Source of the DNA: Octopus vulgaris
Lineage: Eukaryota
DNA length: 64,000 nt
Direction: 5' to 3'
Assembly: GCA_951406725.2 (NCBI GenBank)
Contig: OX597817.1
Location: forward strand, 66,464,001 to 66,528,000
This document shows positions 27,626 through 40,870 of the stretch, piece by piece. Made by a program: the position numbers and the translations under genes. The notes below the pieces were generated by a model, which saw only the letters and a program-made list of their open reading frames with translations, had not been told where the DNA came from and did no database searches. The stretch's first letter is position 1. The number at the start of each line of letters is the position of its first letter.

Positions 27626-30600
27626 CAAAATAAGCAACACGGATATCCAGAGGTAATGCAGTATGATCGTTTCATGCAACCCCATTTAATTAAACAATGC
27701 AATCATTACATCAATTTAAAATGCAGACAATCTTCAGCTGCACAAAGACATAGAATTTAATTAAATCAGAACAGATGCATACACTAGTATAATTATACCT
27801 AAAATCTCTAAGAAGTTAAGGAGATAGACAAAGAACTTGCTGTCTCACTCCAGTTTAGAAGTTACTGAATTTTCCAAGAAGATGTACATTGTTACAGACT
27901 CTGCCTGTCACTGATTTGTTTTTGTTTTTATGGGATCAGTTTTAATTTAAAAACTAGTTTCCCTACCCCTAACAGATACTGCCCTCTGTTCTCTCAGCCT
28001 TAGATATACAAGGGATTTGATAAACTAGTTATTCTCCAACCCATCCCAGCATGGAAAGCAGACGTTAAATGATGATGATTAAACATATATATATATACAC
28101 ATATGTTTGTACTTCTTAGAAATTTGGTAATTCAAATAATGCAGTGCAACTCAACAAATTAGAAAGAAGAATCAATATATCAATATGTATTTATTTATAG
28201 ATACATACAACATGATGAACTCAAAACAATGGACTGAGTATTTATGAGGTGAGATACAAACATATTTAGATAACAGGAATTCCAAAACAAAAAAATAAAG
28301 GTAACGTACTAACAACAATATTAGCCAATAAGATAATCTAGATACCAGAACTTGATAAAATACAACTATTGCTTTCTTAGTTTTAAGAATGTCAATTATA
28401 ATAGCAGAATATGCTAGCACTTTCTCTGATTGCCTGTATAAAGACAGATTTTTTTTTTTAAACTCATGTGTATAAATTCTATTTCGGTTTTTGACACCTC
28501 TTGAAAGCAAAGTCTTCATCAAGCTAACAAGAGAGTCTCAATGTAGTAGGTTAATCTTTTAGAAACAGCAACCAAATCTCTCTCAAACCAAACTCTACAA
28601 TTTTATAACTGGAAGAATACATTGGATGATGGAACTCCCCAACCAAAAACAAACTGGTATGATCAAGACTGAAATATTTTTGATTATAGGTCAGTTTAAT
28701 TAGGACTGATCTAGGGTTAAACATCTTAATTTTCTAGCAAAAAATAAATAAATAAAAAGAGGTCAATTGCCTCCATCAGTATATAAATTCAGAAAGTAGA
28801 ACAAAAGTAAATATTATTCTAAGATTCTAAGGTATTTAGCATAACATTCTAACTCAGTGCCCTAATCTAATTAATAATATGAATGATTTTTAACATAGAA
28901 ACAAAACACCACATTCTGAGGTAAGCCTACAGTTAATAAAAATAGACACACTGCTTGACTGATATTTATTTTATCAACCTTAAGAAAAACAAAATTGGCT
29001 ACAGTAGGATTTGAACTAAGATCATAACTAAATACTTTATGGCATTTTTTTCCACCACTCTACCAATTCTGCCATGCCTCCTTGTCCTACCCCAGCACTG
29101 CCACCATTTAATATTTGTTTTCTATGCTGGCAAAGGTTGGATGAGTCAGCAGGAGGTAGTGAACCAAAGGACTGTGCCAAGCTTCACAGTCAGCTTTGGC
29201 ATGGTTTCTATAGCTGGATGCCCTTCCTAATGCCAAAAACAATATTGATTTCTTACATAATCACTAGGTCATAAAAATTCGGAGAGAAGGAAAGTGGATT
29301 ATATCAATCCAAATAATAGATTGGTATTTTATTTGATCTGGAAAGCCAACTCCAGTGAAATTTTAACTCAGAATGTAAATCACTGTAACTAAATACTGCT
29401 AGTTATTTCATTCAGCTTGTTATATCATTGATGATAGTAAGATTTTGACAATGGCATCTGACATCAAGATATCTGCAATATCTACAAGTGAACCAAATTT
29501 CACTAAGTTAAAGGACATACTTGATACAATATATGATTTGGGGACAGTCACTAACTGTTATTAGAATATGAGCCAATTGAGAGATCCTTTATGCAGTCAC
29601 TTTACCTACTGGAAATAGCAGCCAATTTTCTCAAAATTTACTCTACCTTCTTAAAAAAAGGAAGATAACGAATAATGTAATGCAATGCTCATAAAAAAGT
29701 TATATATATAAAAAAAAAAGACTGGATAATCATGCTAAAGTATCTTTGATTATAGAACTACTTGATAAGGGCCAACTCAGGCTACATAGCAACAACTACT
29801 GGGTTGTTGTTGTTAGTTTATATGTAGTACAAAAATATTATGAGCGAACGTCTAGGCTTTTGACTAAAGGAGATGTGAGCAGAGCTGATCAAATAAAAAG
29901 AAGAGTCTTTGAAATGCAAACTAAGTAAAATACCAGGAAGACTAAATTGACACATTAAAACTGATATGATGGTACTTGAGATGAGAGCATGTGACAGGAA
30001 TATATTTCAGATTGCATCATACACCAAGTTGTCATTTTCTGAAGCTCTAAACGATAACCAAATAGAAAATTGGGGTTTCTTTAGTGTTTTATTAGGTTCA
30101 GTAACTGAACAGTGGCCATACTGGAGCATTATGTTTAATGATTTTGGTTGAATATATTATCCTCTTTAGTTTGTCTGGTATTAATTTTATTGAAGTAAGA
30201 CTAAAAGCACTAATTTTGCCAACATGTCAAAACACCCACTACAAACGTGAGAGAAAGAGAGAGAGAGAGAGAGAGTGCGTGTGTATGTACACAATGCACA
30301 CACATCTGATAGGCTTCTGCACAGTTTCTGCCAATATACTTGAAGTTATGGTAGAAGACTTGCTCAAGATGTCATACATAATGTTCTTGAACTAAGATTT
30401 GACAAATGAATGAATTTCATAGTATTGATTATTCCTGTGATCCCATTTAACTGAAGTCATATTTGAATCAAGCTTTCTTTTTTTCCCCCTTTTTTCATGC
30501 AAAAGGTATCAACAGTCTGAACCAAACCATAACCAAAATCTTTTGGATGTACTGTAGTCTTACATGAATCTAACCACAGTATTTATCCCTCAACTTTTCT

Positions 30601-31702
30601 CCACTTACTTATATTGTCTTTCTATGTTTTGATGAGAGGAATCTAATATGACTAAAACATGTCAAGGCCAAATTCATTCTCACAACTTAAATATTATTAC
30701 TTTAGATTTTTTTTTATCTCTTACTACATTAAGTATGGAAAGTAGTAAATTGGCAGCCATTAGTGCATCAAATAGACTGTCTCGAAGGTATTTGTTCTGG
30801 TTTGCTGTACCATAATTTCAAAATCCCATTGAAGTCAACATTGCCTGTATTCCTTTCAGGATTGATATATAAAATACTATGTAGAATGATAGAGTTAGTC
30901 CATGAATAAAATAGCTTTTATTCATAAATAAAGTAGCTTTTATTCATGGATGATATTTTAAAAGATAGGAACATATTTATGGACAGATAGTAATGATGCT
31001 TACATCAACCTTATCCAAATTTTATCTGAACCGTTTCCATGACATTCTGATCTCAAAGAACCCATTTCATACTTGAAGCAATGAGAAAGATCACTTTGTA
31101 ATCATTCAACCTTTTAGAAACAGTAGCTGCAACTCGCTCATATCAATACTACTGTTTTTAAAATGGAAGGACATATTTATATAAAACTGTCCAAGCCACA
31201 TTATGGACATACTATATGGAAAAAAAAGTTGGGGAAGGGGTTAGGGTTGGTTCAAACTGGAATGCATTAGTCTTCCTGGATCACTTCTAACCTGGTGCTA
31301 AACAACAGCTCCCACCACCCTGCTATGTCAGTCACAATTCCACTTAGCTTTATTGGAAGCAAACTGGAACAATACAATCCATTATATATATCTAACTGCA
31401 GAATTGTTAGATAAACAAATACACAAAAGAAATTCTTAAAAATATAAAAAATGATGACAAAAGCAGAAGAAACAACAATAATAAGAGAGTAAAGGTTAGT
31501 AGTTTATGACCTTGTATTTGGAGGGACAGAGGAGAGGAGAAGGTGTTGTTATCTCATCCTATTTGTACCCTCATGCCAATGGAGAGAAGTCACATTTCTA
31601 AAATAGGGTCACTTGGCAATCATGCATGCTGTTATATGTATATGAGCATGTGCACATGAGGTTAAATAATAGTTATGAGGGAAATTAATCTCTGTGTGTG
31701 TG

Positions 31703-31760
<58 letters not shown>

Positions 31761-32049
31761 TATATAGATTTATCATTGCTATTATGTTAAACTGCTATTT
31801 CTAGCAGCTTGAGTGATTCATGTGTTCACCACTCCTGATCTGATTGGTTGGGGGCTTTTCATCTTCACATCTAGTTCTATCTAAGTGCCATCAATGTTGC
31901 TAAAATTAATTTCATTGTCTTTTCATGAACATTATTCATGGGTAGAGGACCCAACAACATAACACCACCAACTTTGGGTACCTTTAGTTTTGTGGGTGAC
32001 CTAACATGCCCCCTGGTTTACTACCATCACCAGATGGAATTTTGGCCAC

Positions 32050-32580
32050 TTTAGCAGAGTTCACTCAGTTTCAAGCACTTAAATCAGATTCTCCGGTCAC
32101 TCCTTACATTTTTCTTGTAAATATTAACTTACAAATATTCATGCTGGCCATCAGCTGCATTACACCAATCTAGAAAGACCTGCAACAATCTCAAATACAT
32201 TACTCTCCTTCTTTCATGACTGACTTACAGAGTGAAATGGTTACAAGTGAGAATTAAATCTTGGTGGTAGACTTCAATCACAAGAAATGCACCCATATGT
32301 ACAAGTTACCATATTAATAAATGTAACAACATGAGCTTTGGAGTCTCTTTATATTATCCATATCACAATAAGAATTGAATTTTTATGCAACAGCTCAGAT
32401 ACTAATATGTGATTTAAAACTGATCAAGCATGTAGAGACTTTCTCCTTAGTAATATATTACAAATCTTTACAGAACTATCTCAACTAAGTGAAAAACTGC
32501 TACGCTATCAACAAAAGTAGTTTAAATAATGATATTAGATATCATAAGCACTGATTAAAGACCAAAAGAACAACATTCTC
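32050..32580 (+). mobile_element. Possible L1/Tx1-type APE endonuclease remnant
   Basis: Weak motifs INL..NIHA and ILVVDFN (cf. ILGGDFN). Highly decayed. Confidence 0.3.
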
Positions 32581-33425
32581 ACTGACAGAACTTGAAGCAA
32601 ATATCTAACGCTGGTAGTTAATCTAAAAAGTGGTTTAATCATTTAAATGTTTTTATTGGTAATGAACTGATCTCTAGCAAAGATATTTTATGTCATAGAG
32701 TTTAAGAACCTTCATTTTAAAATCAAAATTTTGTAATGCTTTAGTTCAGTGGTTCCCAATCTTTTCTGCACCATGGAATGGTTTCTGCAATACAATTTTT
32801 CCAAGGACCAAGATATCATGTGCATAACAAAACACAATAAAGTATTTAATATATTATTTCATTATTACGTATATAATATATTTCATATATAATGCAAAAC
32901 ACCTTGAAGACTGCAATAGTCATAAAATAAAAATAAAAGTTTAGAATTTTATACCATGCAGCCTTTATGATAGGCCAAAGGGAAATTTGGTCTGGTATTT
33001 GATTACTGGAGATTACATTGATGAAAACAGTATAGATGTAAATATTAATAAAAGAAAACATGCCTAGCCATGAGGAAATTGTACCTTGTTTGAAAACATG
33101 TGAGGGTTGGTGACTGGAAAGACATCTGGCCATAGAAAATCTGCTTCACATGCAATTATGGATAAAGGGAGATGATGATAACATGTATGTTTTGGGAGTA
33201 CCTGTGTATATTTGTTGTGATATATTCAAAAGAGGAAGAACTTGAATAAATGACTGAGTTTACTGTAATTAAAAGGTAAACTCCACTTTTTGTTAACTAG
33301 AGATAAAAAAAAAATGAGAATTACATTGAATACGGGGTTGATGTAGTTAACTGAAACCATCCGAGGTGGTATCCCAACATGTCTATAGTCTAATGACTGA
33401 AACTAATAAAAGAGAAGTAGTAGTA

Positions 33426-33460
<35 letters not shown>

Positions 33461-33973
33461 GAAATCGGTAAACCTGAACAAAAAATGGAACAGAAAGTGT
33501 AAGAAGGTGCCAAGTGTAACAGATATTTTGGCAAAAAATTTTCGTTTATCATCATATTGTGATAAAATAATGTCTAGCAAAATATAGAAACCCAGTTTTC
33601 AATTCAGTTTGTTACTATTTACCTTCACTTTATGGTTTCTAATAATAGCACATAATATCCTTGAGTAAAAAGCAAGGCCTTATAATTTACATCAAATTAT
33701 TGTTACACTAATTATTGTTGAATAACAGGTTTTTTGTTTCGTTAAAAGTGCAGCTGTTGCAGATTTTGACATGTATATGTGTGTAGATAACATGCATCTA
33801 CGTTATCAGTGGGAGTGACGGGGAGAGTATTAAGTAAAAGAAAGTGAAGACAGAAAGAAGGAAGATTCTATTAGTTTACAAACAAAGCTGTTGCTAGCTG
33901 GTTGTATTTTAAAACTAGGTGGAGTTTTACAAGCAATGCTATAGTCAATAATAAACAACCTAAAACAGATATA

Positions 33974-34008
<35 letters not shown>

Positions 34009-34024
34009 CATATATATATATATA

Positions 34025-34420
34025 CTACATATGTGGGAAATTCTGTCTGTGGGTGTGCTTGTGGAGTTGTTAGCTAACTCCTCTGACATTGTTTTATTGA
34101 TTTTGATGAAACTTGACAAGTGACTAGAACTCATGTCTGGAAACCTCATGGCATACTCATATTGTTGTAAAAAAATCGATAATAAGGCCCCTGGAAGGGA
34201 TCCTTATACATATCTAATATATTTTATTTTACAAACCAAGGGAAATAACCCATTTGCCCCTGGAAGGGATCATTATATATAGCCAAGGGAAATAACCCAT
34301 TTATTTTCCTAAATTATTTGGTAAAAATGAAATTGAGAATGCTTATTTCTTAGTATTTGAACTGTTAGAGTTATTTTTGCAATTTATCCAGTACAACCCT
34401 TAAACAAGTAAATAGTATTT
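34025..34420 (+). mobile_element. Possible non-autonomous Helitron-like repeat with an internal ~70-bp duplication
   Basis: Begins after (TA)n with tctgtctgt...ctaactcctc...ttgatgaaacttg. GCCCCTGGAAGGGATC and CCAAGGGAAATAACCCATTT each occur twice. Confidence 0.35.
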
Positions 34421-34482
34421 TCCTAAACAATAGATCACTTATTTACATTTGATGGATATTTGTCCTCATCTTGTTTGTTGTT

Positions 34483-34528
34483 AACACAACATTTCGGCTG
34501 ATACACCCTCCAGCCCTCATCAGGTGTC
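34483..34528 (-). ncRNA. Minimal type-I hammerhead ribozyme motif in the PLE 3' terminal region
   Basis: Minus strand reads GACAC-CUGAUGA-G-GGCUG(gaggguguau)CAGCC-GAAA-U-GUU-GUGUU. Stem I is GACAC/GUGUU, the CUGAUGA and GAAA core boxes are intact, stem II is 5 bp, and stem III is vestigial (AAUGUU, presumably from palindromic AACGUU). Minimal hammerheads are an established feature of PLE terminal repeats. Confidence 0.8.
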
Positions 34529-34586
34529 TTGGGGAAATTTCAAACCTGGGTTCTCATTCCTAAGGTATTTTTCGATGCTGTTATCG

Positions 34587-34653
34587 CTGCCTGGAATTGA
34601 ACTCGGAATCTTGGGGTTAGTAGCCCACGCTCTTAACCACTAAACCATAAGCC
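34587..34653 (-). promoter_or_regulatory. tRNA-like internal Pol III promoter (A box + B box) within the PLE 3' region
   Basis: Minus strand TGGTTTAGTGG (A box, 34647-34637), anticodon-like arm GGG-CTACTAA-CCC, then GAGTTCAATTCC (B box, 34604-34593). The acceptor stem does not pair, so this is not a functional tRNA. Confidence 0.7.
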
Positions 34654-37130
34654 TGAAGGCAATTATGAAGCGAGTTTTAGGGCTTATAAATCTAATATTT
34701 TCCTATCCTTCCTTAATATTGTTTCCCACATGCTATTCATATCTGCACTTGGTCTGCTTAGGAGGTTGTTTTGTCCTAGCATATGTGCTGCTTCTTTTGA
34801 TTTCTGTATTTTCCAGTGGTGTTCTCGGTCTATTATCTTAACTTCATCCCACAGGGAGGGGTAGTCTCCATTTTTCCATACATCATCAGCTATACCCAAT
34901 TTATCAATATCTCCACGTGTCACAGCTTTGCGATGTTCCTCTACCCTTATTTTGTGGGGTCAGCATATTTCACCTTTATATAACCTACCACAGCTGCATG
35001 GGATGGAGTACACACAGTTTTTGGTCATATTTTCTTCTATTGGTGGTTTTACTCAAAGGAGATATTTGCGAAGTGTTGTATTACTCTTGAATACTGTCCT
35101 GATGTCATATGGGATGCATATCATTTTGGAGAGGCCTTTCACGTAGGGTAGACAGACTGTGGACAGTTTATTGGTTTCATCCTCTCTTTTATTCATAATT
35201 GGAGTGGATAATATGTTTTGGGGGTAGATGTTGCTTAATAGATTGATCATTTCCTCATGGTAGGTATCATGATCACTACTTATATTCTTTGCTCGATGTT
35301 TTAGGCATTGAGCAATCCCTCTCTTTACACTATGGATGGTGGGAACTGAAGTTGAGGTATTGTCCAGTGAAGGTCAGCTTGCGGTATACGGATGTCCTTA
35401 ATCCATACTTGGTGCGTGTTATCAATACATCCAGGAATGCTAGCTGATTGTCTTTTTCTTTTCCATTGTGAACTGTATGGATGGAATTATTGAGTTCACA
35501 TGATCTAATAGCACTTGGACATCTCCCTGGTGAGGCCAAAGTATGAAGGTAACACCTTCATATCACAGCCATTTGGGTCGGTTTCAGTGGTGTTGATCCT
35601 AAAGCCAAATTCTCAAAGTATTCCATGCATATATTGGCTATTATCAGTGATAATGGTGAACCCATAGCTAAACCCTCTTCTTGTCAATATATATCAGTGT
35701 CCATACTGAAGTAGGTAGTTTCTACACAGAAGGTCAACATTTCCATCAAGTTTCTTCTGGGCATACTAGCGCGTTCTTTTAGATGGGTGTCTGTCACTAG
35801 TTTCTCTTGAATCACCAGTTGGGACTTTGGTGAACAGACTTATCACATCTAGACTCCCCATCTGGCTGGATTCAATGTGGGGGTATCCTTGATCAATCCT
35901 GTGAAGTGGGTGGAATTTTTCACGAACAATGTTGACTTTCCTGCTAATGGAGTGATTATATCCACAAGGAAGCGGCTCAGTGGATGACATGCTGAACTGC
36001 TAGGCTCACTATAGGTCTTAATGAAATACCATCATTGTGAATCTTAGGGAGACCATACATGTGTGGTAGTTTACTGTAGTGCTGAGTCAGTTGTCTGTAC
36101 TTTATTGGTGTAAAGTGATCCTTGTTCTTGATCAAGATCTGTGACAACTTCCTCTCTGTTTTCAGAGTTGGGTCTTTCTTTACTTAGCTGTAGCTACTAT
36201 CACTTATAAGACTTGCCAATTTTTCCGAGTAGTCAGACTTGTTCATCATCACTGTAGCATTTCCCTTGTCTGCTGGAAGTATCATGATGGAATTGTCACT
36301 CTGTAGTCTTTTCATAGCGAACTTTTCTTCCTGAGTGATGCTTGGTTTGGTAAGTTTCGCCTTTTCTAGTACCTGTCTAACTTTCCACCTTAGTTCATCT
36401 CCCTGAGCTTTTGGTATCTTTACAATATCTCTTCAATAGGGGCTATTATGTCAAAGTATGGAATGCACTTGATGGTTGTCGCAAAGTTGAGACCTTTGTT
36501 TAGTACTGCTTCTTCAGAGCTTTCTAGATATTGGCTACTTACATTAATTACTGCTTTAACAGGTGGGTGACAGACATCAGTCTTCATTCTCTGACCTTAT
36601 AAGATCCACTGATTTCAGTTAGTGACTTATTCATGAATATACCAGCACTAGCACCCCTGAGGGTAATATTCTCTGGGAATGCACAAAAGCCCTTTTCAGA
36701 GTTATTTGTTGTGGATTGTTATTATCTCATATCTGATTAGCCTGTTATTATGTAACATGCTTCAAGATTTTAGTATAGATACCTTATTAGTATTTCCTTC
36801 CAACTTCTATGTACTCTGGGAATGCATTAAAGCCATTTTTGGGGCTACTTTATTTGAATTCTTACTATCGGGTAAATAATTTCACGTTATTACATAACTG
36901 ACTTCACAATTTGAGTATTCATAACTTATTGTGAATTCTTAAAAACAAAATCCTGTGTAAGATAGTTTGGTATTCTCTGTAAATGCACAAAAACCGTTTT
37001 AAGGGCTACATACTTTGTATTGTTGTTATTGGATTAGTGAAACAATTATGAGAATGGAACCAAGATATAAGCCCTGCTTTCATGGGAATTACTGGGTATT
37101 TCAGCTAGTATATCTATATCTATCTATCTA

Positions 37131-37177
<47 letters not shown>

Positions 37178-38989
37178 GAGGTAGTCAATTACACCAACTC
37201 CAGTACTTGGCTGGTACTTTATTTTGTTGGTTTTGGAGCGATAAAAGGCAAAGCTCATCTTAGCAGGAATAGAAGTCAGAACATAAAGATCTGTGTAACT
37301 AATTACTACAAGGCATTTTGTCCTAGGCTCTAATGGTTCAGCCAATGCACTACTTCATAAATTATCAAGATGATTGTGATAGGAAACTGAAGAAGGGATA
37401 GAGGAAACAGTTGAAGTGAAATTGAAACTAAAATTAAAATTCAACTTCAACAAAATAAAAATTACTAAATATTTCATTAACTCTCAGTTCCTGTGATTAA
37501 GCATATGAAGTAAAACTATGTGCAATGACATAACCATCTTGTCTTATTTAGACAAAGACTATCCAAGAATATATTATCTAATGTACCCCTCTTTTTCTCA
37601 GATGGTGAAGTTAAATTTGAGAGAGATTTGGCTTCTATTTCCAGCAGCTTGAGTGATCACAAAAAGTTGATTCAACTGATCCCATGTATGTATTTTTATA
37701 AGTTAAAAGAATCAATAACTTTTATTGTAGATTTTGGTCTGAGAATAAGAGTCAATGCCCATAGCCTTCTTTAGCCCAACTAAAAAGGGAGCTAGGAATA
37801 AGTGAGACTTGTGCAATTACAAGAACAAGCAAAATGGGGAAGGTACTGAATCACCAGATGATGGGTTCAAATTTACACTTCATTCCTCACTGCCTGAATC
37901 ACCAAGAATTCCTTAATCAAGGTGGCATGGTGTAATTTGAAAGAAAATAGACGATCATTTCTAGCAGGTTTTATTGAATAGGAGAAATGGATGAGGCCAA
38001 TGAAACAAATAATCGTTGTATATATGCAACATATATAGTTTGTTTAAACTAGCAAAGAGAGAAGAGGAGAGCAAGTCTGTTCATATCACACACACACATA
38101 AAAAAAAAAACATAGTTGGTATACTTTACAATTAAAAACAAATTTATATGGATACAAGTTTTTTAGGTCAACAGTTTTTTAGGTCACATACTCAAGGAAA
38201 AACAACCAACAGCTTTTACTAGTGACAGCTTTATATAGGACAAAGTGCTTACAGCATTTAATTATAGGCTTTTACATTCAAGTTCAAATCCTGTCTAGAT
38301 CAATTTAGCCTTCTGTGCTTCTAGGATCAATAAAATGAAGTATCAATCAAGTTCTGGAGCAGATTCTTATAATGCATCCTAAATATCAGTGATATTACAA
38401 TGGAAGACAAGATAATTATTGTTTCTTGGCATTTACAGTTGTGCACGTATACAGCTGGTTCTCCATTTATTTCATTGATGTAAATTTAATCATTTTATCA
38501 ACTGAATTACTTGTTCATTGAATGAATGCACAAGTAACAGAGTATTTTACAGATGTACTTAGCAGTGATATAATTCCATGCAGAATCAGCATGATACAAG
38601 AATTTGATGGACTTCTATACTGTTTCTGCATACTCAATTTCATTCACGAAGTAGGAAATTGACCTGAATCCATAGAAAATTACATTGTCCAAATATGCCA
38701 CGAAGTGAATTGAACATGAGATAACATGGTTGTGAAGCAACCCTCTTAACTATTCAGCCATTCTGCACTTATGCATGAATATAAACACACTTGTAACTTA
38801 ACAATAGCTAAATCTCAACTGTGCTTAAAATTAGCAAGGTTGCTTTCTATCGCTTTTCACCCAGGTTAGTGTTTTCAGGTCTATGTGCAGTAGAAAGAAT
38901 TAAATAATTCCATAAGTAATGTATATAATAATGCATAAGGCTTATGCTTGTGATTAACACTTCCAGAAATGGTACTGTCCACTATAAGG

Positions 38990-40870
38990 ACTCTATTTGA
39001 TTGCTGGTATGCCTTTGTTAATTCTTGTAGACCCACGTAGGTTATGCCATATGTAGTCCAGGTGATTCCTGGTCAGGTGTGCTGTTTTGCGACACCTCGT
39101 TAACATTTTAGCCACTTTGAATGGTTGATTCATTCAGTAAACTCAACTCATGGTCAAGCCTCCGAACTGAATCAATATTATATAAAGAATTTTGTGAACC
39201 TCCTCAAAGTAAGAGCTTGAATTGCATTTGTAATTATAAAATTGACATATCGTTTGCAACGGTCATTTCAACATATTCTGTTGTTACTGACATGTTGGTG
39301 AATCTGTTGGAGTGTGAATGCCTTCTAAATTGGAGGTGTTATTCTTAGGACATTAATCTACATCCTTGGGGATGTACAGTAGTTGATGCTCACTGAATAT
39401 ATTGAATGAAATTTTTTTATATATCCCATACTGCTAGTTTGACAAAATTGTTATTCGAAAGTGTTTTAGATGCACAGGAAACAATGCTCCTAACGTCCTG
39501 TTGTATCAATACAACAGCCAGTCCAACAGAACAGACATCAACATTGATAAAACAACTCCCACTTTGTTATCAAAGTGCAATAGTATTGTACTTGATGTCA
39601 TACATTATTTTCATTATTGAAATTGTTTATCTTGTTTACCATCCTTTAAATTTCATTTATTTATTGTTGTCGGGTTCCGCATTCTGTTTTAGTGACATGA
39701 AACAACTAAAAAAGCTTGGTAATCCCCAAGACGTTTAGTGAGCCACTACAATACTAACCATATCCTGTGTTGGTTTAAACACTTTGATTTGAAAGAAGGA
39801 ACTTAAAATATTCTCACACAAAAAATACATTTCTTGTGATTTAATGTGAAACCATTCAATTGTTAAACTTGTTGTAGACTAGTATATAATCTGTAGTATT
39901 ATGTTAGTAGTCTCAGATTAAAAAAAAGAAAAACTGCTAATGATAACTGGAAATTTTCAAATACTGTGGACATTCCCAGAACCAAACACTTGCACAGTGA
40001 TAATCTGCTGGAAATGTTCTAATGATGCAATGATGAATCTAATTCTATTTGGTGATATATTAAAATCTATTCATATTTTCTAGTACCTCTTCAACAATAG
40101 GTATTACAGGTTGTTTCTTTGGCTGATTTAGTAATTTCTTTTCAAATATAAGTAGAACGTTTGACTCTTTCCCAACCACAGCAGCAGAAGAGATGTGAGA
40201 TTTGAAACCATACACATAATAGAACTTTTTATTTATTTATTTCATAATTCGAGATTGCCAAATAAAATTGATATTATCTTCATCATAAGTAATAGGTATG
40301 TGTTGTTTTATGCACCTTGCTTGCTGTTTAACTGTATCACATATCTCCACCAATGCAAATGAACTTCTTTTAAAAGTGATGTTCAATAACAGTAACAATT
40401 TCATTCTCATTGAATGATTTGTCTCAATGAATTGGTATACTACTACAACCATCAGTACCATGATTATCAAAATCACATGCCTTTGCATTATTTTGTTTTA
40501 TGTCGGGTAATATATTTGGGCAAGGAATCTGTCTTGGGGTGAAACAGACCAAACCTTGCTCCTCTTGTAAGTCAAATTTTGTGGGATAGAATTGGACCAG
40601 GAGGGATATTCCTTTCTAATATACTATAGAATCATCCCTTTTCTGCTGTTATCTATCACAGTAATCTCAAAATAATATTTCTAGTGTATTGAGCCAATTA
40701 ATTATTCCAAGAATGTGTACCTTTATAACTGGTAATATTTTTGAGTGTTGAATGTGCTGGCATATTACTCATTGCTAAAATACACCCAGTGATGTGCTTA
40801 TTCTAAGTCTAATAATGTCGTCCCACTGTATATTGTTTATTCAGAACAAAGTAATAGTTGCAGCAGGCCC
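38990..40870 (-). mobile_element. Highly decayed Ty3/Gypsy LTR-retrotransposon pol fragment (protease remnant, RT, RNase H)
   Basis: Manual minus-strand translation gives, in order: TVKQQARCIKQHIP, PVIPIVEE, HQIELDSSLHH, TDYILVY (decayed DDIL), GFTLNHKKCIF, TSSTILLHFDNK, INVDVCSVGLAVVLIQQD..IVSCASKTLSN (RNase H DAS..GLGAVL.Q...AYASRTL). Many stops and frameshifts; no LTRs recognised. Confidence 0.75.

Larger units (their letters stand above)
34440..36580 (-). mobile_element. Penelope-like retroelement (PLE), 5'-truncated and decayed: RT plus C-terminal GIY-YIG endonuclease and 3' terminal region
   Basis: Minus-strand motifs in order: PHMYGLPKIH, GSLDVISLFTKVP (RT motif A), GLAMGSPLSLIIANICMEYFE (motif B), WL*YEGVTFILWP (decayed YVDD), LAFLDVLITR..SVYRKLTFTGQYLNFSSHHP (PLE thumb), CLPYVKGLS, CVYSIPCSCGRLYKGE (GIY-YIG), KIIDREHHWKIQKSKEAAHM. 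Stop at 34684. Several frameshifts and stops. Confidence 0.95.

Noticed and set aside
34587-34653. Possible tRNA gene with an ACT anticodon
   Set aside because: The acceptor stem does not pair and the T stem is mismatched. It is embedded in a retroelement, so I treat it as a tRNA-derived promoter.
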